Shown here in pieces: positions 29,054 to 38,717 of a stretch of 64,000 nucleotides of DNA. This DNA comes from Vicingaceae bacterium (GTDB taxonomy: Bacteria > Bacteroidota > Bacteroidia > Flavobacteriales_E > Vicingaceae). The notes under the pieces are model-generated. The model was not told the origin of the DNA, did not search any database, and saw nothing but the letters and a program-made list of their open reading frames with translations. A program made the translations under genes and the position numbers. The stretch is from positions 3,055-67,054 of the forward strand of contig JBLHTZ010000009.1 of the NCBI GenBank assembly GCA_047627915.1. The letters are read 5' to 3'. Positions within the stretch are counted from its first letter, which is position 1, and each line of letters starts with the position of its first letter.

Positions 29054-31672
29054 ATGAAAGAAAAAGCCACTAATGTAGCAGCCGACCAAGCGACCACTTC
29101 TGTTGGAGACAGCCAGCAAAATGCACCCAAAAGACCAACCTACACTTACGACGATGTAATTCAAAGTACCACGAAATATTTTAGTGGAGATGAATTAGCA
29201 GCCAGTGTATGGTTAAACAAATATGCATTGAAAGATTCAGCAGGGAATTTGTACGAAAGAACTCCTGATGACATGCATAAAAGGTTAGCTTCAGAAATTG
29301 CTAGAGTGGAATCGAAATATTCAAACTCATTGACGGAAAGTGAAGTTTATGACTTACTGAAAGATTTTAAATACATTGTTCCTCAAGGTGGACCGATGAC
29401 AGGAATTGGAAATCCTTTCCAAATTGCTTCATTGTCTAACTGTTTCGTAATTGGTAATAAGGGTGTGGCTGACTCTTATGGGGGTGTTATGAAAATTGAC
29501 GAGGAACAAGTTCAATTGATGAAGAGAAGAGGTGGAGTTGGACATGATTTATCTCACATTAGACCAAAAGGAAGTCCTGTTATGAACAGTGCTTTAACTT
29601 CAACAGGCATCGTTCCATTTATGGAGCGTTATTCAAACTCAACAAGAGAAGTTGCTCAAGATGGACGAAGAGGTGCTTTGATGTTAAGCGTTTCTGTGAA
29701 GCATCCAGATGCGGAACACTTTGTTGATGCAAAAATGGATGGAACAAAAGTTACCGGAGCTAATGTTTCTGTAAAAATTACAGATGACTTTATGAAAGCT
29801 GTGAAGGAAAATAAAAATTTCCCTCAGCAATATCCAATTGAAAGTGTAAATCCGACCTATACCTCTGAAACGAGCGCAACCAAACTGTGGAATAAAATCA
29901 TTCACAATGCATGGAAATCAGCTGAGCCAGGAATTTTATTCTGGGATACTGTAATTAACGAATCTATTGCGGACTGTTATGCAGACTTAGGATTTAAGAC
30001 AGTATCAACTAATCCATGTGGTGAAATTCCATTGTGTCCATATGATTCTTGTCGTTTATTGGCTATCAATTTATTCAGTTATGTAGAAAATCCATTTACA
30101 CCTGAGGCTACTTTCAACATGCAATTATTCAAGAAGCATGCAGCTTATGCTCAAAGAATAATGGATGATATCGTTGATCTAGAAATGGAGAAAATAGATG
30201 CCATTATCAAGAAAATCGAGGATGATCCAGAAGGTTTAGATGTTAAGAGAACAGAGTTAACACTTTGGAAAAAAATCAAGCAAAAGTGTATTGAAGGTAG
30301 AAGAACTGGAGTGGGTATTACTGCAGAAGGTGATATGTTAGCTGCCTTGAATAAAAAATACGGAACAGACGAGGCATTAGACTTCTCAGTAAAAGTTCAC
30401 AAGACACTTGCATTGGAAGCTTACCGTTCTTCTGTTGAATTAGCAAAGGATAGAGGTTCTTTCCCGATATACGATTCAATTCGAGAGGAGAAGAATCCAA
30501 TGGTGAATAGAATTAAAGAAGCGGATCCTGCTTTGTACGAGGATATGGTGAAATATGGTAGAAGAAACATCGCCTTATTAACGATTGCTCCAACAGGAAC
30601 AACTTCTATTATGACGCAAACTTCTTCAGGTATTGAACCAGTATTTATGGTTTCTTACAAAAGAAGAAAGAAAATTAATCCAAACGATCGAAATTCTAGA
30701 ATTGATTTTGTTGATGAGGTAGGTGATTCTTGGGAAGAGTATAATGTATTTCACCACCACTTTAAAACATGGTTAACTGCAAACGGTTATGATGCGAACG
30801 AAGTTTCAACTTATGGTCAAGAGGAGTTAGATAAAATAATTGCAAAAACACCTTACTACGGAGCTACAGCAAACGATGTGGATTGGGTAAATAAAGTGAA
30901 AATGCAAGGAGCTATTCAGAAATGGGTAGATCACTCGATCTCTGTTACCGTGAACATACCAGAAGAAACCACAGAAGAAATGGTTTCTAAAATTTACATG
31001 ACTGGATGGGAAAGTGGTTGTAAGGGGATTACAGTATATAGAGATGGGTCTCGTTCAGGAGTTTTAGTAAGCAACGACGATAAGGGTAAAAAAGACGAGG
31101 CTGCAGCAGGAGCGTTCATGGAGACTCAGGCGCCACCAAGACCAAAAGTATTGGAGGCAGATATCGTTAAATTCAACAACAATCACGAAAAGTGGGTTGC
31201 CATTGTAGGAACAATTGACGGAAGACCTTACGAGATTTTTACAGGTAGAGCAGAGGATTCGTTCTCAATTTTAAGTCACGTAGATAAAGGGTGGGTAATC
31301 AGAAATAAATCTCAAGACGGGCGTGCTCGTTATGATTTCCAGTATGAAGACAATGACGGTTACAAAACGACCATTGAAGGACTTTCAAGAACCTTTAACC
31401 AAGAATATTGGAACTACGCAAAATTGATTTCAGGAGTATTGAGACACGGTATGCCAATCGCATTCGTAGTTGAAATGGTTGCGAATCTTCACTTAAGTGA
31501 TGAAAGCTTGAATACTTGGAAAAACGGAGTTCAAAGAGCATTGAAGCGATATATTCCTGACGGTACTAAAGTTGACGGAAAGGCTTGTCCTGAATGTTCT
31601 TCTGAGGAAGGTTTGATGTTCAAAGAAGGTTGTTTGACTTGTGTTGACTGCGGTTACAGCAAGTGTGGATAA
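29054..31672 (+). CDS. nrdJ: class II (adenosylcobalamin-dependent) ribonucleotide reductase
   Basis: VSTNPCGEIPL active-site loop, single polypeptide of about 870 aa, and a C-terminal Cys-rich tail CPECSSEEG...CLTCVDCGYSKCG. Confidence 0.9.
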   Translation: MKEKATNVAADQATTSVGDSQQNAPKRPTYTYDDVIQSTTKYFSGDELAASVWLNKYALKDSAGNLYERTPDDMHKRLASEIARVESKYSNSLTESEVYDLLKDFKYIVPQGGPMTGIGNPFQIASLSNCFVIGNKGVADSYGGVMKIDEEQVQLMKRRGGVGHDLSHIRPKGSPVMNSALTSTGIVPFMERYSNSTREVAQDGRRGALMLSVSVKHPDAEHFVDAKMDGTKVTGANVSVKITDDFMKAVKENKNFPQQYPIESVNPTYTSETSATKLWNKIIHNAWKSAEPGILFWDTVINESIADCYADLGFKTVSTNPCGEIPLCPYDSCRLLAINLFSYVENPFTPEATFNMQLFKKHAAYAQRIMDDIVDLEMEKIDAIIKKIEDDPEGLDVKRTELTLWKKIKQKCIEGRRTGVGITAEGDMLAALNKKYGTDEALDFSVKVHKTLALEAYRSSVELAKDRGSFPIYDSIREEKNPMVNRIKEADPALYEDMVKYGRRNIALLTIAPTGTTSIMTQTSSGIEPVFMVSYKRRKKINPNDRNSRIDFVDEVGDSWEEYNVFHHHFKTWLTANGYDANEVSTYGQEELDKIIAKTPYYGATANDVDWVNKVKMQGAIQKWVDHSISVTVNIPEETTEEMVSKIYMTGWESGCKGITVYRDGSRSGVLVSNDDKGKKDEAAAGAFMETQAPPRPKVLEADIVKFNNNHEKWVAIVGTIDGRPYEIFTGRAEDSFSILSHVDKGWVIRNKSQDGRARYDFQYEDNDGYKTTIEGLSRTFNQEYWNYAKLISGVLRHGMPIAFVVEMVANLHLSDESLNTWKNGVQRALKRYIPDGTKVDGKACPECSSEEGLMFKEGCLTCVDCGYSKCG

Positions 31673-31698
31673 TTAAATTAAAGAATATTTGATAAAAA

Positions 31699-31727
31699 AG
31701 CCTCAACAATATTGTTGAGGCTTTTTT
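31699..31727 (+). terminator. intrinsic terminator downstream of nrdJ
   Basis: agcctcaaca-atat-tgttgaggct stem-loop (the closing T is the first base of the T run) followed by TTTTT. Confidence 0.85.
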
Positions 31728-31749
31728 AGTTTATCAAAGAAGTACTGTC

Positions 31750-31757
31750 TAACTTTG
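31750..31757 (+). promoter_or_regulatory. -7 promoter box TAACTTTG abutting a small lipoprotein ORF
   Basis: Exact TAnnTTTG match ending 3 nt before the ATG at 31761. Confidence 0.4.
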
Positions 31758-31760
31758 AAT

Positions 31761-31955
31761 ATGCGAATACGTCAATTTGTAACTTTTATAATTATTTTGG
31801 CAAGCCTTGTGGCTTGCAAAACCAACGGGACAGTGTCGCATAAAAAAAGCAAAACCAAGTTTAAAAGCAAAAAGAAATGTGATTGCCCTACTTTTGGATA
31901 CCTACAACAAATTACACCTACAAAAAATTTTGAAAAGCATTATTTCTTTAGCTAA
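31761..31955 (+). CDS. small basic lipoprotein, hypothetical
   Basis: MRIRQFVTFIIILASLVAC lipobox followed by a Lys-rich tail. Its own promoter box and the preceding terminator suggest an independent transcription unit. Confidence 0.45.
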   Translation: MRIRQFVTFIIILASLVACKTNGTVSHKKSKTKFKSKKKCDCPTFGYLQQITPTKNFEKHYFFS

Positions 31956-31972
31956 ATGAGCTTTTTTAACGT

Positions 31973-31980
31973 TACCTTTG
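31973..31980 (+). promoter_or_regulatory. -7 promoter box TACCTTTG for feoAB
   Basis: Exact TAnnTTTG match 28 nt upstream of the feoA ATG. Confidence 0.45.
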
Positions 31981-31982
31981 CT

Positions 31983-32001
31983 ATTTAGATTTAATCTAAA
32001 T
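31983..32001. promoter_or_regulatory. 19-bp palindrome ATTTAGAT-tta-ATCTAAAT, candidate repressor operator of feoAB
   Basis: Perfect 8-bp arms, located between the -7 box and the feoA ATG (32009), so it overlaps the expected transcription start. Confidence 0.5.
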
Positions 32002-32008
32002 AATAACC

Positions 32009-32239
32009 ATGAAGAGCAGCTTAGCAGACTATAAAGTTGGGGATAAAGTCATCTTAAAAGATGTGTTAGACGCACAGTTGACTATTCAGCTGTATAGCAT
32101 GGGTTGTGTATTAGGAGAAGAGTTGTTAATTGAGCGAAAAGCACCTTTTGGAGATCCTATTATCATCAGTGTAGAAGATAGTTTTATCAGCTTACGAAAA
32201 GATGACGCTCGAAAAATGCAAGTAGAACTAAGTGAATAG
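32009..32239 (+). CDS. feoA: ferrous iron transport protein A
   Basis: 76-aa SH3-like FeoA sequence located directly upstream of feoB. Confidence 0.85.
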   Translation: MKSSLADYKVGDKVILKDVLDAQLTIQLYSMGCVLGEELLIERKAPFGDPIIISVEDSFISLRKDDARKMQVELSE

Positions 32240-32241
32240 AT

Positions 32242-34212
32242 TTGGAGAAGAAAGCATTTAAAGTAGAAGATAAACTTCGATTAGTCCTAGTTGGAAATCC
32301 AAATTCAGGGAAGTCCACACTTTTTAATTCCCTAACAGGTTTAAACCAACGAATAGGAAATTTTCCAGGCGTTACAGTAGAAAAAAAAATAGGTTCTGTT
32401 CGAATTAATGATAAGGTAGTTGCTGAGGTAATTGACCTTCCCGGGACCTATAGTCTAAGTCCTCGTTCAGAGGATGAAAGAGTTACGTTTGACTACCTGA
32501 ACGACAGTAAGAGAACTGATTTACCAGAATTAATAGTAGTGGTGGCTGACGCTTCCAATTTAAAACGAAACTTGCTGCTTGCAACACAGTTAATTGATTC
32601 GGAACAACCAACTATTTTAGTTTTAAATATGATGGATGTTGTAGAACGCAACAAACAAAGTATTGACATTGATACGCTGCAAAAGCGGTTGGGAATACCA
32701 GTGGTTCCGATGAATGCCCGTTTGGGTAAGGGGACGAAAGAGCTAAAATCGGTAATAGGAAACTATCAATATAAAAAGGCAAATAAATTCATTGAAGATC
32801 ATGAGTCGAAAGATGCTTTAGAAAACACCATTAGTCGGTTTGAAAAGATAAAGGGCATTATTGCTGAGACCTTGACGAAGAGTGGAGAGTCCAGAACAGC
32901 CACAATTACCCGAAAGATTGATAGTGTATTCACTCACCCAATATGGGGTTTTTCAATTTTCTTATTTATTTTATTCCTCATTTTTCAGGCCATCTTCTCT
33001 TGGTCTTCATATCCAATGGAATGGATTGAAGGAGGGTTCTTAGTGTTCGGAAATTGGCTATCTGAAACCTTGCCGCAAGGAGTATTAAACGACTTATTGG
33101 TTGATGGAGTATTGGCTGGGTTGGGTGGAATAATCATTTTCATTCCGCAAATTGCTATGTTGTTTATGTTCATAGCAATTTTGGAAGATACGGGCTACTT
33201 GTCTCGCGTCAGCTTCTTAACAGATGCTTTGCTGAAACGATTTGGATTAAATGGCAGGTCTATCATTCCTTTGTTAGGAGGTGCTGCATGTGCTGTGCCT
33301 GCAATAATGAGTGCCCGAACTATTGCGAATAAAAAAGAAAGGTTAATAACCATCTTTGTTACTCCCCTAATAAGTTGTTCCGCCAGAATACCGGTTTATA
33401 CGTTATTGATTGCTTTGGTTATACCAGCAGACAAACAATTTCTAAGCTTTAATTTACAAGGAATTGTGATGATGGGTTTGTACTTATTAGGATTCGCGGC
33501 CGCCATGGCTACTGCGTTTATAATGAAATATGTTGTAAAAACTGAAGAGAGAAGCCATTTTGTAATGGAATTGCCAATTTATCGAACTCCACGTTGGACT
33601 AATATTGGAATGACAATTTTGAATAAAACAAAGTTGTTTTTGTTTGAAGCAGGAAAAATTATCATTGCCGTATCCATTGTACTTTGGGTGCTTTCTTCTT
33701 ATGGACCTGGTGATAAAATGGCAACTGTTGACGTAAAATATAAAACTGAACTGGCTGATTCAAATGCTGACTTAACTGCTGTTAATGAGAAGATAGCTAC
33801 GGATAAATTAGAAGTTTCTTACGCAGGTCATATTGGGAAATTTATCGAGCCTGCCATCCGACCACTAGGTTTTGATTGGAAAATAGGAATAGCAATTATC
33901 ACTTCATTCGCTGCTCGTGAAGTTTTTGTTGGAACTATGGCTACCTTATATACTGTAGGAGATGAAGAAAATACGGAAGGAATAAAAGCAAAAATGCAAC
34001 GTGCTACTTTTTCAAACACAGGAGAGAAGGTCTATACTAGAGCAACCGGATATTCATTATTGATTTTTTATGCGTTTGCCTTGCAGTGCATGGCCACAGT
34101 TGCTATCGTTGTAAAAGAAACTGGAGGGTGGAAATGGCCCATTATTCAGTTGGTTTATATGGGCGCATTGGCGTACTTCTCAAGTTTGTTGATTTATCAA
34201 ATTTTCTCTTAA
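32242..34212 (+). CDS. feoB: ferrous iron transporter FeoB
   Basis: G-domain LVGNPNSGKST and DLPGTYS motifs followed by a polytopic membrane domain. A TTG start is required because there is no in-frame ATG before the P-loop. Confidence 0.93.
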   Translation: MEKKAFKVEDKLRLVLVGNPNSGKSTLFNSLTGLNQRIGNFPGVTVEKKIGSVRINDKVVAEVIDLPGTYSLSPRSEDERVTFDYLNDSKRTDLPELIVVVADASNLKRNLLLATQLIDSEQPTILVLNMMDVVERNKQSIDIDTLQKRLGIPVVPMNARLGKGTKELKSVIGNYQYKKANKFIEDHESKDALENTISRFEKIKGIIAETLTKSGESRTATITRKIDSVFTHPIWGFSIFLFILFLIFQAIFSWSSYPMEWIEGGFLVFGNWLSETLPQGVLNDLLVDGVLAGLGGIIIFIPQIAMLFMFIAILEDTGYLSRVSFLTDALLKRFGLNGRSIIPLLGGAACAVPAIMSARTIANKKERLITIFVTPLISCSARIPVYTLLIALVIPADKQFLSFNLQGIVMMGLYLLGFAAAMATAFIMKYVVKTEERSHFVMELPIYRTPRWTNIGMTILNKTKLFLFEAGKIIIAVSIVLWVLSSYGPGDKMATVDVKYKTELADSNADLTAVNEKIATDKLEVSYAGHIGKFIEPAIRPLGFDWKIGIAIITSFAAREVFVGTMATLYTVGDEENTEGIKAKMQRATFSNTGEKVYTRATGYSLLIFYAFALQCMATVAIVVKETGGWKWPIIQLVYMGALAYFSSLLIYQIFS

Positions 34213-34215
34213 ACC

Positions 34216-34824
34216 TTGTCGAAGGTACTTTTAAAATACATTCCACAGGAAGCAATGCCATTGATTCAGCAGTGGTATGGCCAACTTCCTTTTCATTTAA
34301 GAATAACCAAAGCTAGAAAGACAAAATTTGGTGATTTTCGCCCTGCTTTTCAAGGAAGGCCAAATCGAGTTTCGGTAAATGGAAACTTAAATCAATATCA
34401 TTTTCTGATTACGTTAACGCATGAAATTGCTCATGTGGCATGTTGGGAGGAATTTAAAGGAAGAGTAAATCCGCATGGCGCAGAATGGAAGACGATTTAT
34501 TCTGACATGCTAAAACAACTAATGGCGAAAGCGGACTTTCCTAATGATATTGAAATAGCACTAAGGAAACATTTGAAACGACCAAAAGCATCTAGCTGTT
34601 CAGATCCCGAACTTTTCAAAATATTGAAACGATACGACCCTCATTCGCCGACGGTTTTTTTAGATTCATTAGCCGAAGGAGATGAATTCATATTTCAAGA
34701 ACGGGTTTTTAAAAGAGGAAGTAAACGAAGAACAAGGATAGAATGCACGGAATTAAAAAGTGGTAGAATCTATTTAATAAGTGGACATGCTGAAGTAGAA
34801 AAATTTGTGATTTCTAAGGATTAA
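34216..34824 (+). CDS. SprT-like zinc metallopeptidase-domain protein
   Basis: HEIAHV (HExxH) motif in an SprT-like context (RKTKFGDFRP..., LTLTHEIAHVACWE). Start is either the TTG at 34216 or the ATG at 34255. Confidence 0.7.
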   Translation: MSKVLLKYIPQEAMPLIQQWYGQLPFHLRITKARKTKFGDFRPAFQGRPNRVSVNGNLNQYHFLITLTHEIAHVACWEEFKGRVNPHGAEWKTIYSDMLKQLMAKADFPNDIEIALRKHLKRPKASSCSDPELFKILKRYDPHSPTVFLDSLAEGDEFIFQERVFKRGSKRRTRIECTELKSGRIYLISGHAEVEKFVISKD

Positions 34825-34863
34825 TTCAGCTGCAGAGCGGAAAAGCAGAGTCCTTGAATTAAG

Positions 34864-34871
34864 TACATTTG
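34864..34871 (+). promoter_or_regulatory. -7 promoter box TACATTTG
   Basis: Exact TAnnTTTG match 19 nt upstream of the ATG at 34891. Confidence 0.45.
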
Positions 34872-34890
34872 TAAATGAAGAAGAAAATAG

Positions 34891-35970
34891 ATGAAAAAAG
34901 AAAATAACTATTGCGTAATCATGGCAGGAGGTATCGGGAGCCGATTTTGGCCTATGAGTAGAACTGTCTTTCCAAAGCAATTCATAGACATATTAGGAAC
35001 AGGACAAACCTTGATTCAACAAACATTTGATAGGTTATTAAAGTTGGCACCAAAAGAGAACATTTTCATCGTTACGAACGATTTGTACAAAGACTTAGTG
35101 CTAGAGCAATTGGATGTTACAGAAGAACAAGTTTTGTGCGAGCCTAGCAGGAGAAATACTGCACCTTGTATTGCTTATGCAAATTATAAGATTGGTACTA
35201 AGAATCCAAACGCTAATATTATTGTAGCGCCTGCAGATCATTTGATTTTGAAAGAAGATAAGTTTGTGGAAGTAATGACTACTGCATTAAATTACACAGC
35301 AGCGAACAATGCTTTAGTTACTTTGGGAATTAAACCCAGTAGACCTGATACTGGTTATGGTTACATTCAATTTGATGACAGTGGAGACTCGGAATTGAAA
35401 AAAGTTAAAACGTTTACAGAAAAACCGGATTTAATATTGGCAAAACAGTTTTTAGATAGTGGTGACTTTAGTTGGAATTCCGGAATGTTTATTTGGAGTT
35501 TATCTTCTATAAATGAATCTTTTGAAAAGTTATTGCCAGAAATGGATGCTCTTTTTAAAGAGCAAAAGGACGCTTTCGGAACAGATCAAGAGGCCCAGGC
35601 TATTGATTCCATTTATTCTGAATGTAAAAGTGTTAGTATCGATTATGGCATTATGGAAAAAGCAAAGAATGTATTTGTTTTATCCGCCGATATAGGTTGG
35701 TCTGATTTAGGAACTTGGGGATCAATTTATACTCATTTGGACCACGATGAAAATCACAATGCGATAGTGGGCAAGAATGTAATGTTGTACGATTCTGAGG
35801 ATTGTATTGTTAGCGTTCCTAAAAACAAATTAGTGGTGTTGCAAGGTTTGAAAGACTATATTGTTGTTGAGTCGAATGATACATTACTAGTTTGTAAGAA
35901 AGAAGATGAGCAGAAAATCAAACAGTTTGTAACAGATATTAAAATCGAGAAAGGCGACAAGTTCGTTTAG
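34891..35970 (+). CDS. mannose-1-phosphate guanylyltransferase
   Basis: IMAGGIGSRFWPMSR nucleotidyltransferase motif. 359 aa. Confidence 0.85.
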   Translation: MKKENNYCVIMAGGIGSRFWPMSRTVFPKQFIDILGTGQTLIQQTFDRLLKLAPKENIFIVTNDLYKDLVLEQLDVTEEQVLCEPSRRNTAPCIAYANYKIGTKNPNANIIVAPADHLILKEDKFVEVMTTALNYTAANNALVTLGIKPSRPDTGYGYIQFDDSGDSELKKVKTFTEKPDLILAKQFLDSGDFSWNSGMFIWSLSSINESFEKLLPEMDALFKEQKDAFGTDQEAQAIDSIYSECKSVSIDYGIMEKAKNVFVLSADIGWSDLGTWGSIYTHLDHDENHNAIVGKNVMLYDSEDCIVSVPKNKLVVLQGLKDYIVVESNDTLLVCKKEDEQKIKQFVTDIKIEKGDKFV

Positions 35971-36000
35971 AGTGCTACTCACAAGAAGTAAATTAATTTA

Positions 36001-36036
36001 AGAAGATGGTTTTCGATAGATCGAAAGTCACCTTCT
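36001..36036. terminator. long imperfect hairpin between convergent genes (bidirectional terminator candidate)
   Basis: agaagatggttttcgat / atcgaaagtcaccttct: 17 positions with 1 mismatch and 2 G-U pairs. No strong U-tract on either side. Confidence 0.5.
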
Positions 36037-36040
36037 TTCG

Positions 36041-37594
36041 TTAATAATCAGCAGTGTCATAATTCGTATCACTTCTTATGATCACCTTAATGTCTCGGTC
36101 AATTGCAGAGTTTTTTCTAAAATTATCAATGATTTCATACACGTCATAGTCAACTCGCACTGATTTGCGAATATCAATTGTTACCTCTGTGCCGTTGGGT
36201 AAGTTGTTTAACTCTTGTAGAATGGCGCCCTTATTCAAGAAGGTAACTTCTTCTGAAAGTGTCATTTCTACTTTATGGCACTCTTCATCGGTTTCTTTAA
36301 TGTGCATAAAGTGTGAGTTGCTGTAATTGTTTTTTACAATAAAGAAAATAGCCACACCAACTCCCAAGGCTATACCGGTCAATAGATCGGTAAAAACAAT
36401 TCCAACCAACGTTATAACAAACGGTAAAAACTGTTTTGGACCAAGTTTATACATTGCCTTAAAAAGGCTAGGTTTTGCCAATTTATAACCGACCACGAGC
36501 AATATACTAGCGAGCACGGCTAAAGGAATTTGATTTAATATTTTGGGAACTACAATTACACTGACGAGTAATAGTATTCCGTGTAAAATTCCAGAAAGTT
36601 TGGTCTTTCCTCCGGATTGAATATTCGCAGAACTACGCACAATCACTTGGGTAATTGGAAGACCGCCAATCATACCTGAAATAACGTTTCCAGTTCCTTG
36701 GGCAATTAGTTCACGATTGGTCGGAGTAACTCTCTTTTTAGGGTCTAATTTGTCAGTCGCTTCAACGCTTAACAATGTTTCTAAACTTGCCACAACTGCC
36801 ATGGTTAATGCAATAACATAAAGATTGTAGTTTCCGATTTGAGAAAAGTCTGGGGTGCTAAATTGACCTATAAAACTCGAAAAATTATCTGCTACAGGCA
36901 CACTTACAAGGTGCTCGCTCGAAATACTCCAGTTGGGTAAAAAGGCATTGGTGAGTAGTTCGAAAGAGATTCCAAAGGCAACGGCTACTAAGGGACCCGG
37001 AATGAGTGAAAACATTTTCGATTTTTTAGAAAGCACCTTATCCCAAAGCAATAATATGACCAATGAAACAATGGCAACCGTCAAAGCTGGAGTAGAAATG
37101 TTATCGAATATATTCAGTAGTTCAGAAAACGTATTTTCTCCATCAGCCTGAATAAAGTCCATATCTCCTTCATAGTCGGCATCGTAACCAAAGGCGTGGG
37201 GGATTTGTTTCAGGATAATGATGATACCAATTCCTGATAGCATTCCTTTAATAACGGAGGATGGAAAGTAATACCCGATGAAACCTGCTTTTAATAGACC
37301 TAGAATTAGTTGGAAAACACCAGTAAAAACGACAGCTAGTAAGAATGATTCATAGGAACCTAACTCTTGTATGGAAGTTAATACAATAACAGCTAGTCCG
37401 GCTGCAGGTCCGCTAACGCCAAGCGATGAACCACTTAAAGAGCCTACGATGATTCCGCCTACAATTCCTGCAATAACGCCTGAAAATAGAGGAGCCCCAG
37501 ATGCTAATGCAATTCCTAGGCATAAAGGAAGGGCAACAAAGAATACGATTACACTTGCGGGTAAATCGCTTTTCAGTTCTTTGAAAAGGCTCAT
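36041..37594 (-). CDS. SulP-family anion transporter with C-terminal STAS domain
   Basis: Polytopic membrane core followed by a soluble C-terminal domain of about 100 aa (EVTFLNKGAILQEL...). 517 aa. Confidence 0.85.
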   Translation of the reverse strand: MSLFKELKSDLPASVIVFFVALPLCLGIALASGAPLFSGVIAGIVGGIIVGSLSGSSLGVSGPAAGLAVIVLTSIQELGSYESFLLAVVFTGVFQLILGLLKAGFIGYYFPSSVIKGMLSGIGIIIILKQIPHAFGYDADYEGDMDFIQADGENTFSELLNIFDNISTPALTVAIVSLVILLLWDKVLSKKSKMFSLIPGPLVAVAFGISFELLTNAFLPNWSISSEHLVSVPVADNFSSFIGQFSTPDFSQIGNYNLYVIALTMAVVASLETLLSVEATDKLDPKKRVTPTNRELIAQGTGNVISGMIGGLPITQVIVRSSANIQSGGKTKLSGILHGILLLVSVIVVPKILNQIPLAVLASILLVVGYKLAKPSLFKAMYKLGPKQFLPFVITLVGIVFTDLLTGIALGVGVAIFFIVKNNYSNSHFMHIKETDEECHKVEMTLSEEVTFLNKGAILQELNNLPNGTEVTIDIRKSVRVDYDVYEIIDNFRKNSAIDRDIKVIIRSDTNYDTADY

Positions 37595-37646
37595 TAGGTT
37601 TGGGTTTAGTGGCTTTTATCTACTCTATGAAAGTACTTAAATTCAA

Positions 37647-38717
37647 TCAATCTTCTAACTGAAAATCGAACAAAAAGATTTCTCCTTTGCCATTTGCTCC
37701 AATAGCTTTAGTTGTTTGTGGTAGAAACCGTAAGGTGTTAATGTCTTGGCACGAAAACTTAGTCCAATTAACGCCGTCATCGGTGCTCATTTCTAAGCCA
37801 TTTGTGCCACCGGTAACCCAAAAATTCCCTTGTTTAGAATAATTAATAATCGAACGGTATCCATCCACTTTCCCTTTCGCTTTTATCCAGCTCTTTCCAT
37901 CATTCATGGAAATGATGGGAAAGTGACTAGAATCAATTTCTGTATAATCACCACCTACAGCCATAATTTTTCCAGTACCGCATGCGTGTATGGAATAAAT
38001 CCCAGAAGAAGGCTCTCCATGAACTAGAGGAGTTGTCTTCGCTTTCCACTTATACCCATTAATTGAACTAAATATTCTTGCTTGTTCACCACCCAAACCA
38101 ATAAAAAATCTACCAGATTTGCTCACAGTGATGCAAGTTCCGCTAGCGGCAAAGCCATTTTCAACAGCTAATGGTTTTGGAACATCAGCAGAATCTATTC
38201 GTTGCCAAGTAACGCCTCCGTTGCCGGTTCTTAATAGTAAGTGTCTTCCATTAATCTGATCGCCGATAATAATCCCTTCACGCTCATTTTTAAAGACAAT
38301 TGAATTCATAAAGGCTAAAGAATCTTTGTTTTCATAAACCAGGCTCCAGCTAGTTCCTGCGTCGTTTGTTTTGTACGCCCTTGCTGGAAAACCTGCGCTT
38401 ACCACAATTGCCGAGCTCTTTGAAAAAGCATGTACAGAGCGAAAGTCAAGAGAGTCTGCGTCTGGGGTAGTTATTGTTTCCCAACTCTCTCCTTGGTCAA
38501 CACTTCGAAGAATGGTTTCATTTGCCCCGCTTAGCCAAACCGTATTGGAGTCTACTACAGACATTCCTCTAATGCTGTTGAACCCAGGGTTAGTTAATTT
38601 ACGTATTGTGATTTTAATTTTATCGAATGAAGATTCTGTTTGTGGTGCACCGCCACAACTAGACAAAAAAATAGAAATGCTCAGAATTATTGAAAGTTTA
38701 CGAAGTCTCATAGCCAT
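37647..38717 (-). CDS. lipoprotein with BNR/Asp-box beta-propeller repeats (Ycf48-like)
   Basis: Lipobox ..IFLSSC and repeated Asp-box-like motifs: DQGESWETI, NDAGTSWSLV, GNGGVTWQRI, NDGKSWIKA, DDGVNWTKF. Confidence 0.75.
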   Translation of the reverse strand: MAMRLRKLSIILSISIFLSSCGGAPQTESSFDKIKITIRKLTNPGFNSIRGMSVVDSNTVWLSGANETILRSVDQGESWETITTPDADSLDFRSVHAFSKSSAIVVSAGFPARAYKTNDAGTSWSLVYENKDSLAFMNSIVFKNEREGIIIGDQINGRHLLLRTGNGGVTWQRIDSADVPKPLAVENGFAASGTCITVSKSGRFFIGLGGEQARIFSSINGYKWKAKTTPLVHGEPSSGIYSIHACGTGKIMAVGGDYTEIDSSHFPIISMNDGKSWIKAKGKVDGYRSIINYSKQGNFWVTGGTNGLEMSTDDGVNWTKFSCQDINTLRFLPQTTKAIGANGKGEIFLFDFQLED

